Source of the DNA: Bacteroidales bacterium
Lineage (GTDB): Bacteria > Bacteroidota > Bacteroidia > Bacteroidales > UBA3824
DNA: 64,000 nucleotides
Assembly (NCBI GenBank): GCA_017962175.1
Contig: JAGCVU010000229.1
Span: forward strand, 1,401-65,400
Direction: 5' to 3'
In this document: positions 27,395 through 36,292 of the stretch, piece after piece
Layout: every line of letters starts with the position of its first letter
Position numbering within the stretch: position 1 is the first letter of the stretch
The notes under the pieces: model-generated
Told to the model about the DNA's origin: nothing
Database searches by the model: none
The model's input: the letters and a program-made list of their open reading frames with translations, nothing else
Made by a program: the position numbers and the translations under genes

Positions 27395-28963
27395 TTACAC
27401 CACCACTTCAAATATTTCCTTGTCGCCAAATTGCATCATCTTGCTGCCCGAAACCTTGCTTTTGTTGAAATTAAAACTCAACATATAACCCTTGTTAACA
27501 TGGTAAAAATCAAGATATTCGGTGAGTTGTTTTTCGCCGCGAGTGTTGTAGGCATCGCCGCGCCAAATTTTCATTTCGATGACGTATTGAACGCCTAAGT
27601 AATCAATAATCATATCGGTACGGGAGCGGTCGCGGGTTTCGGCTTCGATGTAGTAATTACCTATGCCATTGATGATTGGACGGATATAAAGCATAAAGAA
27701 CCGACGACCTTCCTCCTCCTTAAATTCGATGTCGTTGCCGCCATAAATGTCGTTGAAATGCACGGCAAAACGTTCGAGAATTTTGTCCATCAGGAGTTTT
27801 CCATCTTCAACGAATTGACTTTTTTCGATGCTACCTTTGTCGTAAAGACGGCAACTTGCTTGCTCTTCTGTGTAAAAAAGATTATACATCCAAGTTTCAA
27901 GTATTCGATTGAAAATCTGCACTTTACCGTTTACATCTTTTATATAGTTGAACATCGCCGCAATTTCGATGTGCTTGTAATACGTGTTAAAACTTTGCTC
28001 ATAACCGTTGTAAAGGATGTCTTTCAGTAGTTCCTTCATCTTGGGAAAATCCTCCAACTTTTTAGCCAAGTCGTCAAAGAAAGTGTTCTTTTCGTCCAGT
28101 AACATTTTCACAGCCTTCAAAAAACCATCTTTGTTCCAACCCAGTTTTTTGGTGTCGATTATTTGGCACAACCGCGATACAAAAAACGGATAGCCCGACG
28201 AATAGTCCCAAACCATCTGCGCCATTTCAGAAATGTCCATTCCAGTTTGATGGTCGTTTTCGTAATCTTGAAGCATCTGCGCTATGCCGTCTTTATGCAG
28301 CGACATATCTTCGTCAAACGGCACGGCAATGTTCCACGGCGAATTGTATTGGTGGTCAGAGTCGGGACGTACTTTGAGTTTGAGGTTTTTGATGTCAAAA
28401 ACACTCGCAAGAATAATGGATTTAAATGTTGGAACTGTTTTGCGTTTTAGATATTTGTTTCGCAACATTCTCAGCAACTCGATAAACGATTCGTAGTTGC
28501 TGGCGTTGTCCACTTCATCGATGAAAAGGACTATTGGAACTGAACTTTTTGCGCAAATATCCGACACAGACTTTTCGAAAATTTCAAAAGGAATCTCTTT
28601 CTTTTCGGCATACGTGGAAAGCAATCCTGAAATCATCTGTTTTACAACATCTTGCAAACAACTGATATTAACGTACTCAAACGTCATTTGTATCTGTTCC
28701 CAAAATGAATAAGCGATGGTCTCTTTGCTTTTGAAATTGTTGCTGCCCAACGCCTCAAAACTAATCGAAAACACAACGTAATCATTTTTCAACCGTTCAG
28801 CCAAATGGTAAAGAGTGGTTGTCTTTCCGTATTGACGTCCACGGTTGATGGTGATATATTCGCCATCGGCAACACGGTTTACAATGTCGTCGAGACGTTT
28901 AGTGATGTCCACCATATAATGATCTTCGGGGTAGCACGTGCCCGTTGTGTTGAATTTGCGCAT
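27395..28963 (-). CDS. AAA-like ATPase with C-terminal PD-(D/E)XK nuclease domain
   Basis: MRKFNTTG start (TATATTTG at 28982-28989), Walker A RGRQYGKTT, Walker B LFIDEVD, and RTDMII...VIEMK...QLTEYL. Confidence 0.85.
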   Translation of the reverse strand: MRKFNTTGTCYPEDHYMVDITKRLDDIVNRVADGEYITINRGRQYGKTTTLYHLAERLKNDYVVFSISFEALGSNNFKSKETIAYSFWEQIQMTFEYVNISCLQDVVKQMISGLLSTYAEKKEIPFEIFEKSVSDICAKSSVPIVLFIDEVDNASNYESFIELLRMLRNKYLKRKTVPTFKSIILASVFDIKNLKLKVRPDSDHQYNSPWNIAVPFDEDMSLHKDGIAQMLQDYENDHQTGMDISEMAQMVWDYSSGYPFFVSRLCQIIDTKKLGWNKDGFLKAVKMLLDEKNTFFDDLAKKLEDFPKMKELLKDILYNGYEQSFNTYYKHIEIAAMFNYIKDVNGKVQIFNRILETWMYNLFYTEEQASCRLYDKGSIEKSQFVEDGKLLMDKILERFAVHFNDIYGGNDIEFKEEEGRRFFMLYIRPIINGIGNYYIEAETRDRSRTDMIIDYLGVQYVIEMKIWRGDAYNTRGEKQLTEYLDFYHVNKGYMLSFNFNKSKVSGSKMMQFGDKEIFEVVV

Positions 28964-29144
28964 AGTCGTAATAATTTTGAGCAAATATAATAAAAAACTT
29001 GGAATAACTGAATAGTACATTCAATTATTTGCATAATCAACACACAAAAAAGAATAATCATCCAACGCTATTAATTTATTTACATTAATAATGACTGCAT
29101 TGAAAAAAGTTTTTTAAATTTGCATAAATTCACGAATTCAAATT

Positions 29145-29762
29145 ATGAGTGCAAATATCATTGTTTATTTTCCATACGTGGATAATTATAAAGAATTATT
29201 GGAAAACAATCTACTGATCACTTTTGATGATAAAGGTTATCAGGAAGATTATCAAATCCGTGATAGTTTTTTCTCTCGTTTTTTTGATGCACTGTCGGAT
29301 ACGACAGCAATAGTATATGGTGCATATTATGCGAAAGATCAATGGTTGAGACATATATATTTCGATATAATTCGAGCCTTGAATCTCAAAGATATATGGA
29401 TTTTTAACGAGATGATAGTGTATCATTATTATGACGAAAGTAATCCCATTCCAAGTTTTTATGATTTTTTGAAATACATAGAGGAAAATGGTAATGAAAT
29501 TGGCGGTATCAAAGTTTATGAATACAATTTGTCTGATTTAGAATATGACGACGAAGGTTGGTGTACAAACTATCATTCAGTATGTCACGATAGTTTCACC
29601 GACTGTTTTCAAGAAGTAAAAGAGATTGAAGACAAATATAATGTTATAGTTATAGGGTTACACAAATTTGACCAACATTATATCCGCGTACTAAGAGAAA
29701 ATAGTTCAGAGGTAGAATTATTAGATCCAAGCACAGGAGAATTTAAACCTTTTAATAAGTGA
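29145..29762 (+). CDS. Hypothetical acidic, Tyr-rich protein in AT-rich DNA
   Basis: 205-aa ORF with TAAATTTG at 29115-29122; no family recognised. Confidence 0.7.
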   Translation: MSANIIVYFPYVDNYKELLENNLLITFDDKGYQEDYQIRDSFFSRFFDALSDTTAIVYGAYYAKDQWLRHIYFDIIRALNLKDIWIFNEMIVYHYYDESNPIPSFYDFLKYIEENGNEIGGIKVYEYNLSDLEYDDEGWCTNYHSVCHDSFTDCFQEVKEIEDKYNVIVIGLHKFDQHYIRVLRENSSEVELLDPSTGEFKPFNK

Positions 29763-29796
29763 TAATCATTTTGTCAAAGCGAAACACATAATCATT

Positions 29797-31233
29797 ATGA
29801 CCGAGGAAAGAGCATTACAAATAATCAAGACCGGCGAAACGGCAAGCATAGAATTTAAACGCTGTGGCAACGGTATTCAAAAGGATACTTACGAAACCGT
29901 TTGCGCTTTTTTAAATCGTTTCGGCGGCGAATTATTTTTGGGAGTGGAAGATGACGGTAATATATCAGGCATTCCTGAAAATGCTGTTGCTCAAACAATT
30001 AAAAACTTTGTAAACATTACCACAAATCCGGCAATGTTTAATCCTATTGTATGCATCAATCCGGAAGTGTTGGAACTAAAAGGTAAAAAGGTGTTGTATA
30101 TCAGAGTAATACCGAGTTCTGAGGTTCATAAATACAAAAACGTTGTGTACGACCGTGCGGGAGATGCCGATATCAAGGTGAGCACCACTAACGATATTGC
30201 CCAAATGTACATCCGAAAGCAAAACATCTTCACCGAAAAAAGGATCTACAAATACGTCAAGCCCGAACATCTTCGTCTCGACCTTTTGCCTATGTGTCGT
30301 CAACGTGCAGTAAATAAGCGCTTTGACCATCCGTGGAAAAATATGAATGATATGGAACTTTTGCGTAGCGCAAAACTATATTCCGAGGATTTTTCTACGG
30401 GCGAAAAGGGGTTTAACCTTGCCGCCGTTATGCTCTTGGGACGCGATGAGGTGATTGGCTCTATTGTTTCGGCTTACAAAACAGATGCTATTTTGAGAGT
30501 AAGAAATCTTGACCGTTACGATGATAGGTTGATTGTAAATACCAATCTTGTAGAGAGTTTTGATCTTCTTATGGGTTTTGCTCAAAAACATCTTTGGGAC
30601 AAATTTTATCTCGATGAATATCAACACAATGTAAGCGTCCGCGATAAAATAGCACGTGAAATGCTTGCCAACACATTGATTCACAGAGAATTTACAAGTC
30701 CTTATATTGCTAAATTCATCATCGAAAAAGACCGCATGTACACAGAAAACGCCTGTCGTGCAGCGCGTTACGGTATAATTACGCCAGAAAACCTTGACCC
30801 CATACCCAAAAATCCTATTATAGCATCGTTTTTCAATCAAATAGGCAACGCCGATGAATTAGGTTCTGGTACGCGTAATCTATTCAAATACACACAAATA
30901 TACTCAGCCAAAAATCCAGAACTCTTTGAAGATGACATTTTCAGAAGTTCTGTTCCGTTAGATTTTGAGGAAGGGAAGGTTAGTGTAAGAATTAATGATG
31001 TTAATCTTGTCAATGAGACGAATGACAATAATAATGTACAACTAAGTGATATTCAGCAAAAAATCATTACATTAATGTCAGACAATCCACAAATCTCTTA
31101 CACAGAAATAGCAAATAATTTAAAGAAATCACGTAGCATTATAGCGACTCAAATAAGTTCGTTACTGAAATTAGGTATCATTAAACACGAAGGATCAAAA
31201 AAGACAGGTTATTGGTATATTTCTATCCCATAA
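29797..31233 (+). CDS. AlbA_2/Schlafen-like domain, HATPase_c_4 (RecG C-terminal-like) domain and C-terminal winged HTH protein
   Basis: GETASIEFK...ETVCAFLN.FGG.LFLGVEDDG; REMLANTLIHRE; PKNPIIA..F...DELGSG; NPQISYTEIA...GSKKTGYW. Confidence 0.88.
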   Translation: MTEERALQIIKTGETASIEFKRCGNGIQKDTYETVCAFLNRFGGELFLGVEDDGNISGIPENAVAQTIKNFVNITTNPAMFNPIVCINPEVLELKGKKVLYIRVIPSSEVHKYKNVVYDRAGDADIKVSTTNDIAQMYIRKQNIFTEKRIYKYVKPEHLRLDLLPMCRQRAVNKRFDHPWKNMNDMELLRSAKLYSEDFSTGEKGFNLAAVMLLGRDEVIGSIVSAYKTDAILRVRNLDRYDDRLIVNTNLVESFDLLMGFAQKHLWDKFYLDEYQHNVSVRDKIAREMLANTLIHREFTSPYIAKFIIEKDRMYTENACRAARYGIITPENLDPIPKNPIIASFFNQIGNADELGSGTRNLFKYTQIYSAKNPELFEDDIFRSSVPLDFEEGKVSVRINDVNLVNETNDNNNVQLSDIQQKIITLMSDNPQISYTEIANNLKKSRSIIATQISSLLKLGIIKHEGSKKTGYWYISIP

Positions 31234-31383
31234 ATCGGACTATAAATGGACTGTGAATATATATCGGACTATAAATCGGACTATAAATAGACTATAAATC
31301 GGACTATAAATTGGACTATAAATCGGACTATAAATCGGACTGTAAATTGGACTGTAAAAGTTCGGAGAAAAGTTCGGAGAAAA
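31230..31383 (+). repeat. Tandem 12-bp array: about 10 x ATAAATCGGACT variants, then 2 x AAGTTCGGAGAA
   Basis: Directly visible; the first unit overlaps the TAA stop of the upstream gene. Confidence 0.92.
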
Positions 31384-31427
31384 AGAATTTTTACTACCTT
31401 CGCCCAATAAAATAAAACACCAATTCT

Positions 31428-32066
31428 ATGAACCACAACCTTTACGCCGCTGTTACAGAGTATTTTACCAAGGCGATGCCGGATGCTACTACGGAGTTGA
31501 AATTTGGAAATCCGTTTCAATTGCTGGTGGCGGTGCGGCTGTCGGCACAATGCACCGATAAACGAATCAATATGATTACGCCCGCTTTGTTTGAACATTT
31601 CCCCGATGCGGAAACAATGAGCAAGGCTTCGTTTGAGGAGGTTTTAAAATACACTAAATCAGTTTCTTATCCAAATTCAAAAACTCGCGATATTATTTCT
31701 GCGGCTAAAAAAATTGTGGAAGATTTCAATGGTGAATTACCCAAAACGGTAGAAGAACTTGAAACGCTTCCCGGTGTGGGTAGAAAAACCGCAAATGTGG
31801 TTGCATCAGTGCTTTACGGGGCTGAGGTGATGCCGGTAGATACGCATGTATTTCGTGTTTCGGCACGTATTGGTCTCACAGAAAATGCCAAAAATCCCAA
31901 ACAAGCCGAGGAACAGTTAGAAAAAGGTTTTCCGCCGTCGGTAATTGGCAGGGCGCACCATTGGCTTATTCTTCACGGGCGGTATGTGTGCACAGCACGA
32001 AATCCCAAATGCGGAGAGTGCGGCATAACTGAGGTTTGCAAGTATTTTAACGACAACAAAAAATAA
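31428..32066 (+). CDS. nth: Endonuclease III
   Basis: LSAQCTD, HhH LPGVGRKTANVV, VDTHVFR, and [4Fe-4S] motif CTARNPKCGECGITEVC. Confidence 0.96.
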   Translation: MNHNLYAAVTEYFTKAMPDATTELKFGNPFQLLVAVRLSAQCTDKRINMITPALFEHFPDAETMSKASFEEVLKYTKSVSYPNSKTRDIISAAKKIVEDFNGELPKTVEELETLPGVGRKTANVVASVLYGAEVMPVDTHVFRVSARIGLTENAKNPKQAEEQLEKGFPPSVIGRAHHWLILHGRYVCTARNPKCGECGITEVCKYFNDNKK

Positions 32067-32097
32067 AAAAACGCCCGGTACAATGTACAGGACGTTT
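32065..32097 (-). terminator. Intrinsic terminator between convergent nth and pssA-like genes
   Basis: Minus strand reads AAACGTCCTGTAC-ATT-GTACCGGGCGTTT followed by a T run. Confidence 0.6.
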
Positions 32098-32117
32098 AAT
32101 TTCTAACTCTCTCTATT

Positions 32118-32972
32118 TTATAAACTGTCAATATTTTCAGATTTTTTAGCCTTGCGATTAAAAAGCCAGCGGATAAACGAAACCACTACGTATGAGAATA
32201 TTATCAGCGGCACTGCTATCCACTGCAAAACAATAAGCGATATTACAGCAAAAATCAAAAAGTTGTAAACCAATCTATTGTCGCTGTATTTGTAACTTTT
32301 CATTTTAAGCGAGAACATCGGCAAATTGCTAACCATCAGCAGCGAGAACAAAATGCACATTGGAAGCAGAAACTTGGCGCTACCAAACACAAACACCTGC
32401 AATCCGATAAGAGCAATAGTGGCTCCAAACGGAAAATCAGCGTTGCAAAGTGCGTGAGAAACAGTGTAGATCCAAAAATCTTCGGGCACCATAGCATTGA
32501 TCAACGGAATAGATGCCACCAAGAGTGCGCACGCAGGTGTGGGCAATCCTTTGAAGCCATAGGCTTGTTCGGGGTCGATATTGAATTTGGCAAGACGCAA
32601 AACGCTGCAAATTACTATAAAGCAAGAACATACAAGAACTAAAATTATCGGCCAATCAAGAGTCCAAAGAGCGCCGTTAGCTCTGAGTGCCTGTTTCAAC
32701 AATCCGAACATAATAGCCGTGGGTGCTACGCCAAAACTGATAGCATCAGCCAAAGAATCAAGTTGTTTGCCGAGTTCGCTCTGAGCATGGAGAAGTCTTG
32801 CCGCAAATCCGTCGCTAAAATCGCAAACACTTGCAAACAAAATTAAATAAGAGGCGTAAACAAGACCCGTGTCGCCGCTCAAAGCCATGAATGTGGCCAA
32901 TGTTCCGCAAAGCGCACTTGTGCATGTAATCATGCTCGGCACAAATTTCAATTTTGATATTATTCCTGACAT
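32118..32972 (-). CDS. pssA: CDP-alcohol phosphatidyltransferase (phosphatidylserine synthase-like)
   Basis: DFSDGFAAR...G.QLDSLADAISFGVAP, RLAKFN and F.GLPTP. Promoter TTTG-N20-TAAATTTG at 33007-33038. Confidence 0.88.
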   Translation of the reverse strand: MSGIISKLKFVPSMITCTSALCGTLATFMALSGDTGLVYASYLILFASVCDFSDGFAARLLHAQSELGKQLDSLADAISFGVAPTAIMFGLLKQALRANGALWTLDWPIILVLVCSCFIVICSVLRLAKFNIDPEQAYGFKGLPTPACALLVASIPLINAMVPEDFWIYTVSHALCNADFPFGATIALIGLQVFVFGSAKFLLPMCILFSLLMVSNLPMFSLKMKSYKYSDNRLVYNFLIFAVISLIVLQWIAVPLIIFSYVVVSFIRWLFNRKAKKSENIDSL

Positions 32973-33063
32973 TTTGTTTTGTATTCTAATTTTTCATTAA
33001 AGTCTGCAAATTTAAGACCATTTTTGCGACTTAGCAAAAACAAAGTTTACTTTAATTTACATT

Positions 33064-34119
33064 TTATCGTTTTTCTTCGTAATATTCAAAACCATCAATG
33101 ATGTCTAAATATACTCCGTCGAATCCTGCGTCAAGTATTTTGGGCAAATATTGTCCAAGAATAATCGACTGCCAATCCTTGTCCCAGTACTTAACTTTGT
33201 AGTTTCCACCCCAATCAGGATTTTCTTCATCAAGCCACGATGGAGGATTGTTTTTCCAATCGTTTTTCCAATAGAAACGATAATCTTCAGCTTCGCCTAT
33301 CGACATATAACAGATAACCAAACGTTTGCCGCCGTTTTTCTTGTTGCGAAGGCGTTCAACGTCAGATGCTGTAAAAGGAGCTTCTTCGTAAAAAAACAAA
33401 TCGGTGATGAGAACGTCAAAATTGGTGGCACAAACTTTAGAAATAAAGTCGTCTTTGGATGTAAAGTCTTCGAGTTGAAGTATATACAAGAAATTTTTGG
33501 CATCTTTGAGCGATTTAATATCCTTGGAATTTTCTTCGTAGGGAGTATATGAGGGAATGACGTTTAAATTGCGCTCAATTGCTTGATAACCAAGATATCC
33601 GGCAGCTGCATTCTTTTCGCGAGAGTCTTGCATTTTAGATTCTGTATTGCAATAATCGGTGCAGAGAATAACATTGCCGGCAGCTTTTGAACGGTCTAAA
33701 TATCCGCGAAGCCATTTCACGTCGGAAGATGAAGTAGCCACATTGTCGGAAGGCGAACCATAAAAAATATCCTCCTGACCGTGCCCGTCGATGGCTGCAA
33801 GATAGTTGTCGGCAAGGGGGCTGTCAGATTCGTCGCCTGTGGTTACAAGTTGAATGCCGTTTTGAGGAATTACCGCAAAGCCCGATTTCTGAGCCTTAGC
33901 TTTTTTGCTTATTGATATTACAAATTGCCTCATCAAACCACGATAATCCGAAGGGTCAATATTTTCATCATCGTCAGAATTTTGATTATTTTGCTGATTT
34001 TGATTGTTTTGCTGTTCGTTTTGCTCCTGATTTTCTTTATTCTTAGATTCAGGATTGTCGTCTTTGCTGCATCCGCAAACCAACGCCAGAATGCATAAAA
34101 ATAATGTTAGTTTTTTCAT
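33064..34119 (-). CDS. Lipoprotein, GH114/TM1410-like endo-alpha-1,4-polygalactosaminidase family
   Basis: Lipobox LVCGC, N/Q-rich linker, ICYMSIGEAEDYR.YW, ENPDWGGNY.VKYW and GFDGVYLDIID. Confidence 0.85.
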   Translation of the reverse strand: MKKLTLFLCILALVCGCSKDDNPESKNKENQEQNEQQNNQNQQNNQNSDDDENIDPSDYRGLMRQFVISISKKAKAQKSGFAVIPQNGIQLVTTGDESDSPLADNYLAAIDGHGQEDIFYGSPSDNVATSSSDVKWLRGYLDRSKAAGNVILCTDYCNTESKMQDSREKNAAAGYLGYQAIERNLNVIPSYTPYEENSKDIKSLKDAKNFLYILQLEDFTSKDDFISKVCATNFDVLITDLFFYEEAPFTASDVERLRNKKNGGKRLVICYMSIGEAEDYRFYWKNDWKNNPPSWLDEENPDWGGNYKVKYWDKDWQSIILGQYLPKILDAGFDGVYLDIIDGFEYYEEKR

Positions 34120-34209
34120 ATCTAAATTTTTAAATTTGGCTGCAAAGATACGAAATTTATATTTTTGAAGATAATGTTTTACTTTTGCAAAAAAAACTTT
34201 TAGACAAAA

Positions 34210-35268
34210 ATGAAAAAAATCGTCTTGATAATAGCTCTATGCATTACGCACACTATATTATATGCACAAATTGCAAAATACGGCAACGATTTTTTGAATA
34301 TTGGTTCGTGTGCAAGAGAACAATCGTTGGGCGGATGTGCGGCGGCTTCGTCTGTGGGTGCGGCGGCAGGATATTGGAATCCGGCAAACCTTTCTGTGCC
34401 AAAGGGTTACAAAACTGATATTTGCGCTATGCACTGTTTTTATTTTGGGGGATTGGCCAACTACGATTTTGCCGCGGCAAGTTATCAAGCCGACAGTGCC
34501 ACAGCCATAGGATTGTCGTTCGTTAGGCTCGGCGTTGACGATATTCAAAACACAATTTACCTTTTTGACGAAAACGGCGAACCCGATTTTTCGCGCATAA
34601 CATATTTTTCCACAGCCGATTACGCACTCTATTTTTCGCTCGGACGGCAAATTCTTCGCATTCCGGGTCTTTATGCCGGTGCCAACGTAAAACTCATTTA
34701 TAGAATGGAGGGGGAGTTTGCCCGCGCCTACGGATTTGGTATCGACCTTGCGGCTTCGTACAAAAAAAAGAATTTTGCCGCAGGAATAGTTTTGCGCGAT
34801 GCTACCACCACTTTTGACGTGTGGAATATCAACCAAGAAAAATTCGACAGCACATATTTAGCCACGGGCAACAGCATTCCCGAAAACAGTGTAGAGCAAA
34901 CCGCACCATCGTTGTTGATGTCGGCTGCCTACACACTGCATTTGGGAAAGTTTGCCTTTATGGGCGAAATTGGTGGGGAAATCACATTCGATGGTAAGCG
35001 TAATTACTTGATTCGTAGCGATTTTACATGTGTTAATCCCTGCGCCGGATTAGAAGTTTCGTTTATGGATATGGCGTTTGTAAGGTTCGGCATTTCAGAT
35101 TTTATGAAAAACAACCACCTATATATCTCACGCACATATAGTTATGTTCCTTCATTAGGCGCAGGGGTCAAGGTTTCAAGATTTTCGTTCGACTATGCGT
35201 TTATGGACGCAAGCACAAATAGTTACGAGTATCGCAGCAATGTGTTTTCGCTTGGTGTGAGGTTTTAA
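34210..35268 (+). CDS. PorV/PorQ-family outer membrane beta-barrel (T9SS-associated)
   Basis: KYGNDFLNIG..AR...GG, YWNPANL, amphipathic strands and C-terminal FSLGVRF beta-signal. Confidence 0.8.
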   Translation: MKKIVLIIALCITHTILYAQIAKYGNDFLNIGSCAREQSLGGCAAASSVGAAAGYWNPANLSVPKGYKTDICAMHCFYFGGLANYDFAAASYQADSATAIGLSFVRLGVDDIQNTIYLFDENGEPDFSRITYFSTADYALYFSLGRQILRIPGLYAGANVKLIYRMEGEFARAYGFGIDLAASYKKKNFAAGIVLRDATTTFDVWNINQEKFDSTYLATGNSIPENSVEQTAPSLLMSAAYTLHLGKFAFMGEIGGEITFDGKRNYLIRSDFTCVNPCAGLEVSFMDMAFVRFGISDFMKNNHLYISRTYSYVPSLGAGVKVSRFSFDYAFMDASTNSYEYRSNVFSLGVRF

Positions 35269-36167
35269 AATTCCTCGGGATACTCGCCGGCTTTGGTTAG
35301 TTGGGCAAATTTTTCTACAACTATCGGACGGTCTTCCTTGTATGTTACGCCAAACCATTTTGCATTGCAAGTGAGCACTTTACAAGTAATTGTGCCGCTC
35401 TTGATAAGTCCGTCAACCACTGTGGGAATCAGAAATTCGGCTTTGGGTTTCGAGATATTATCTTTCAAGAATGTTGCAAAATCGCGTTGCAAATATCCGA
35501 AAAACGACGGCATAAAGCCCCAGAAATTCATCGAAACAGGCGATGATTCAGCAATTTCGGTTTTTGATTCGCCTTCGATAAAAACGATTTTGCCATTTTC
35601 GCGAATAATTTTGGTGCGTTCTACCACGTCGGAAAGGTTTCCGTTGGCATCGGTGGTGCATACTCCGCGCGAAACTGTGCCGTAATCTGAAAGTGTGTTG
35701 GTAACAGGATAGCCCACCATGCAATATTTGTCTTGCTCGGTATCTTTCAATGTTGCAAAATACTCACAGATAGTTTGATAAGCCTCTTTGCCATAAAAAT
35801 CGTCGGCATTGATTACTGCAAACGGTTCTTTGATAACATTGCGTGCTGCAAGAATTGCGTGACCTGTACCCCACGGTTTTTCGCGGTCGGCGGGCAAAGT
35901 AAAGCCTTCGGGAAGGTCGGTTTTATCTTGAAAAACATATTCAGCGGGCAAATGCTGACGCACTTTGGGCAATACAAGTTCGTTGAAATCTTTTTCGATG
36001 TCGCGGCGGATTACAAACACAACCCTGCCGAAACCTGCGCGTGCGGCATCAAAAGCCGAATATTGAAGAATAGTTTGTCCCGAAGGACCAAGTTTGTCAA
36101 TCTGTTTCAAACCGCCATAACGGCTTCCCATACCGGCGGCCAATACTAATAAAGTGGGTTTCATCAT
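35265..36167 (-). CDS. Sugar-phosphate nucleotidyltransferase
   Basis: LVLAAGMGSRYGGLKQ, REKPWGTGHA, INADDFYG, SMNFWGF and WFGVTY. Confidence 0.9.
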   Translation of the reverse strand: MMKPTLLVLAAGMGSRYGGLKQIDKLGPSGQTILQYSAFDAARAGFGRVVFVIRRDIEKDFNELVLPKVRQHLPAEYVFQDKTDLPEGFTLPADREKPWGTGHAILAARNVIKEPFAVINADDFYGKEAYQTICEYFATLKDTEQDKYCMVGYPVTNTLSDYGTVSRGVCTTDANGNLSDVVERTKIIRENGKIVFIEGESKTEIAESSPVSMNFWGFMPSFFGYLQRDFATFLKDNISKPKAEFLIPTVVDGLIKSGTITCKVLTCNAKWFGVTYKEDRPIVVEKFAQLTKAGEYPEEF

Positions 36168-36292
36168 ATCAAAATTTTACGTATTTAATAGTGCAAAGGT
36201 ACATTTTTTAGCGAAACACAGCATTAAGAAAATAAGATTTTTATAATTTTGCCGCGATTTATTAACATTAAAAAAAAATTTAAAACAATAAT

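Noticed and set aside
31230-31383. Possible CRISPR array
   Set aside because: Units are 11-12 bp and contiguous, with no unique spacers and no cas genes.
31281-31598. 105-aa minus-strand ORF ending in FIVR repeats
   Set aside because: It is antisense to nth and simply reads through the 12-bp array.
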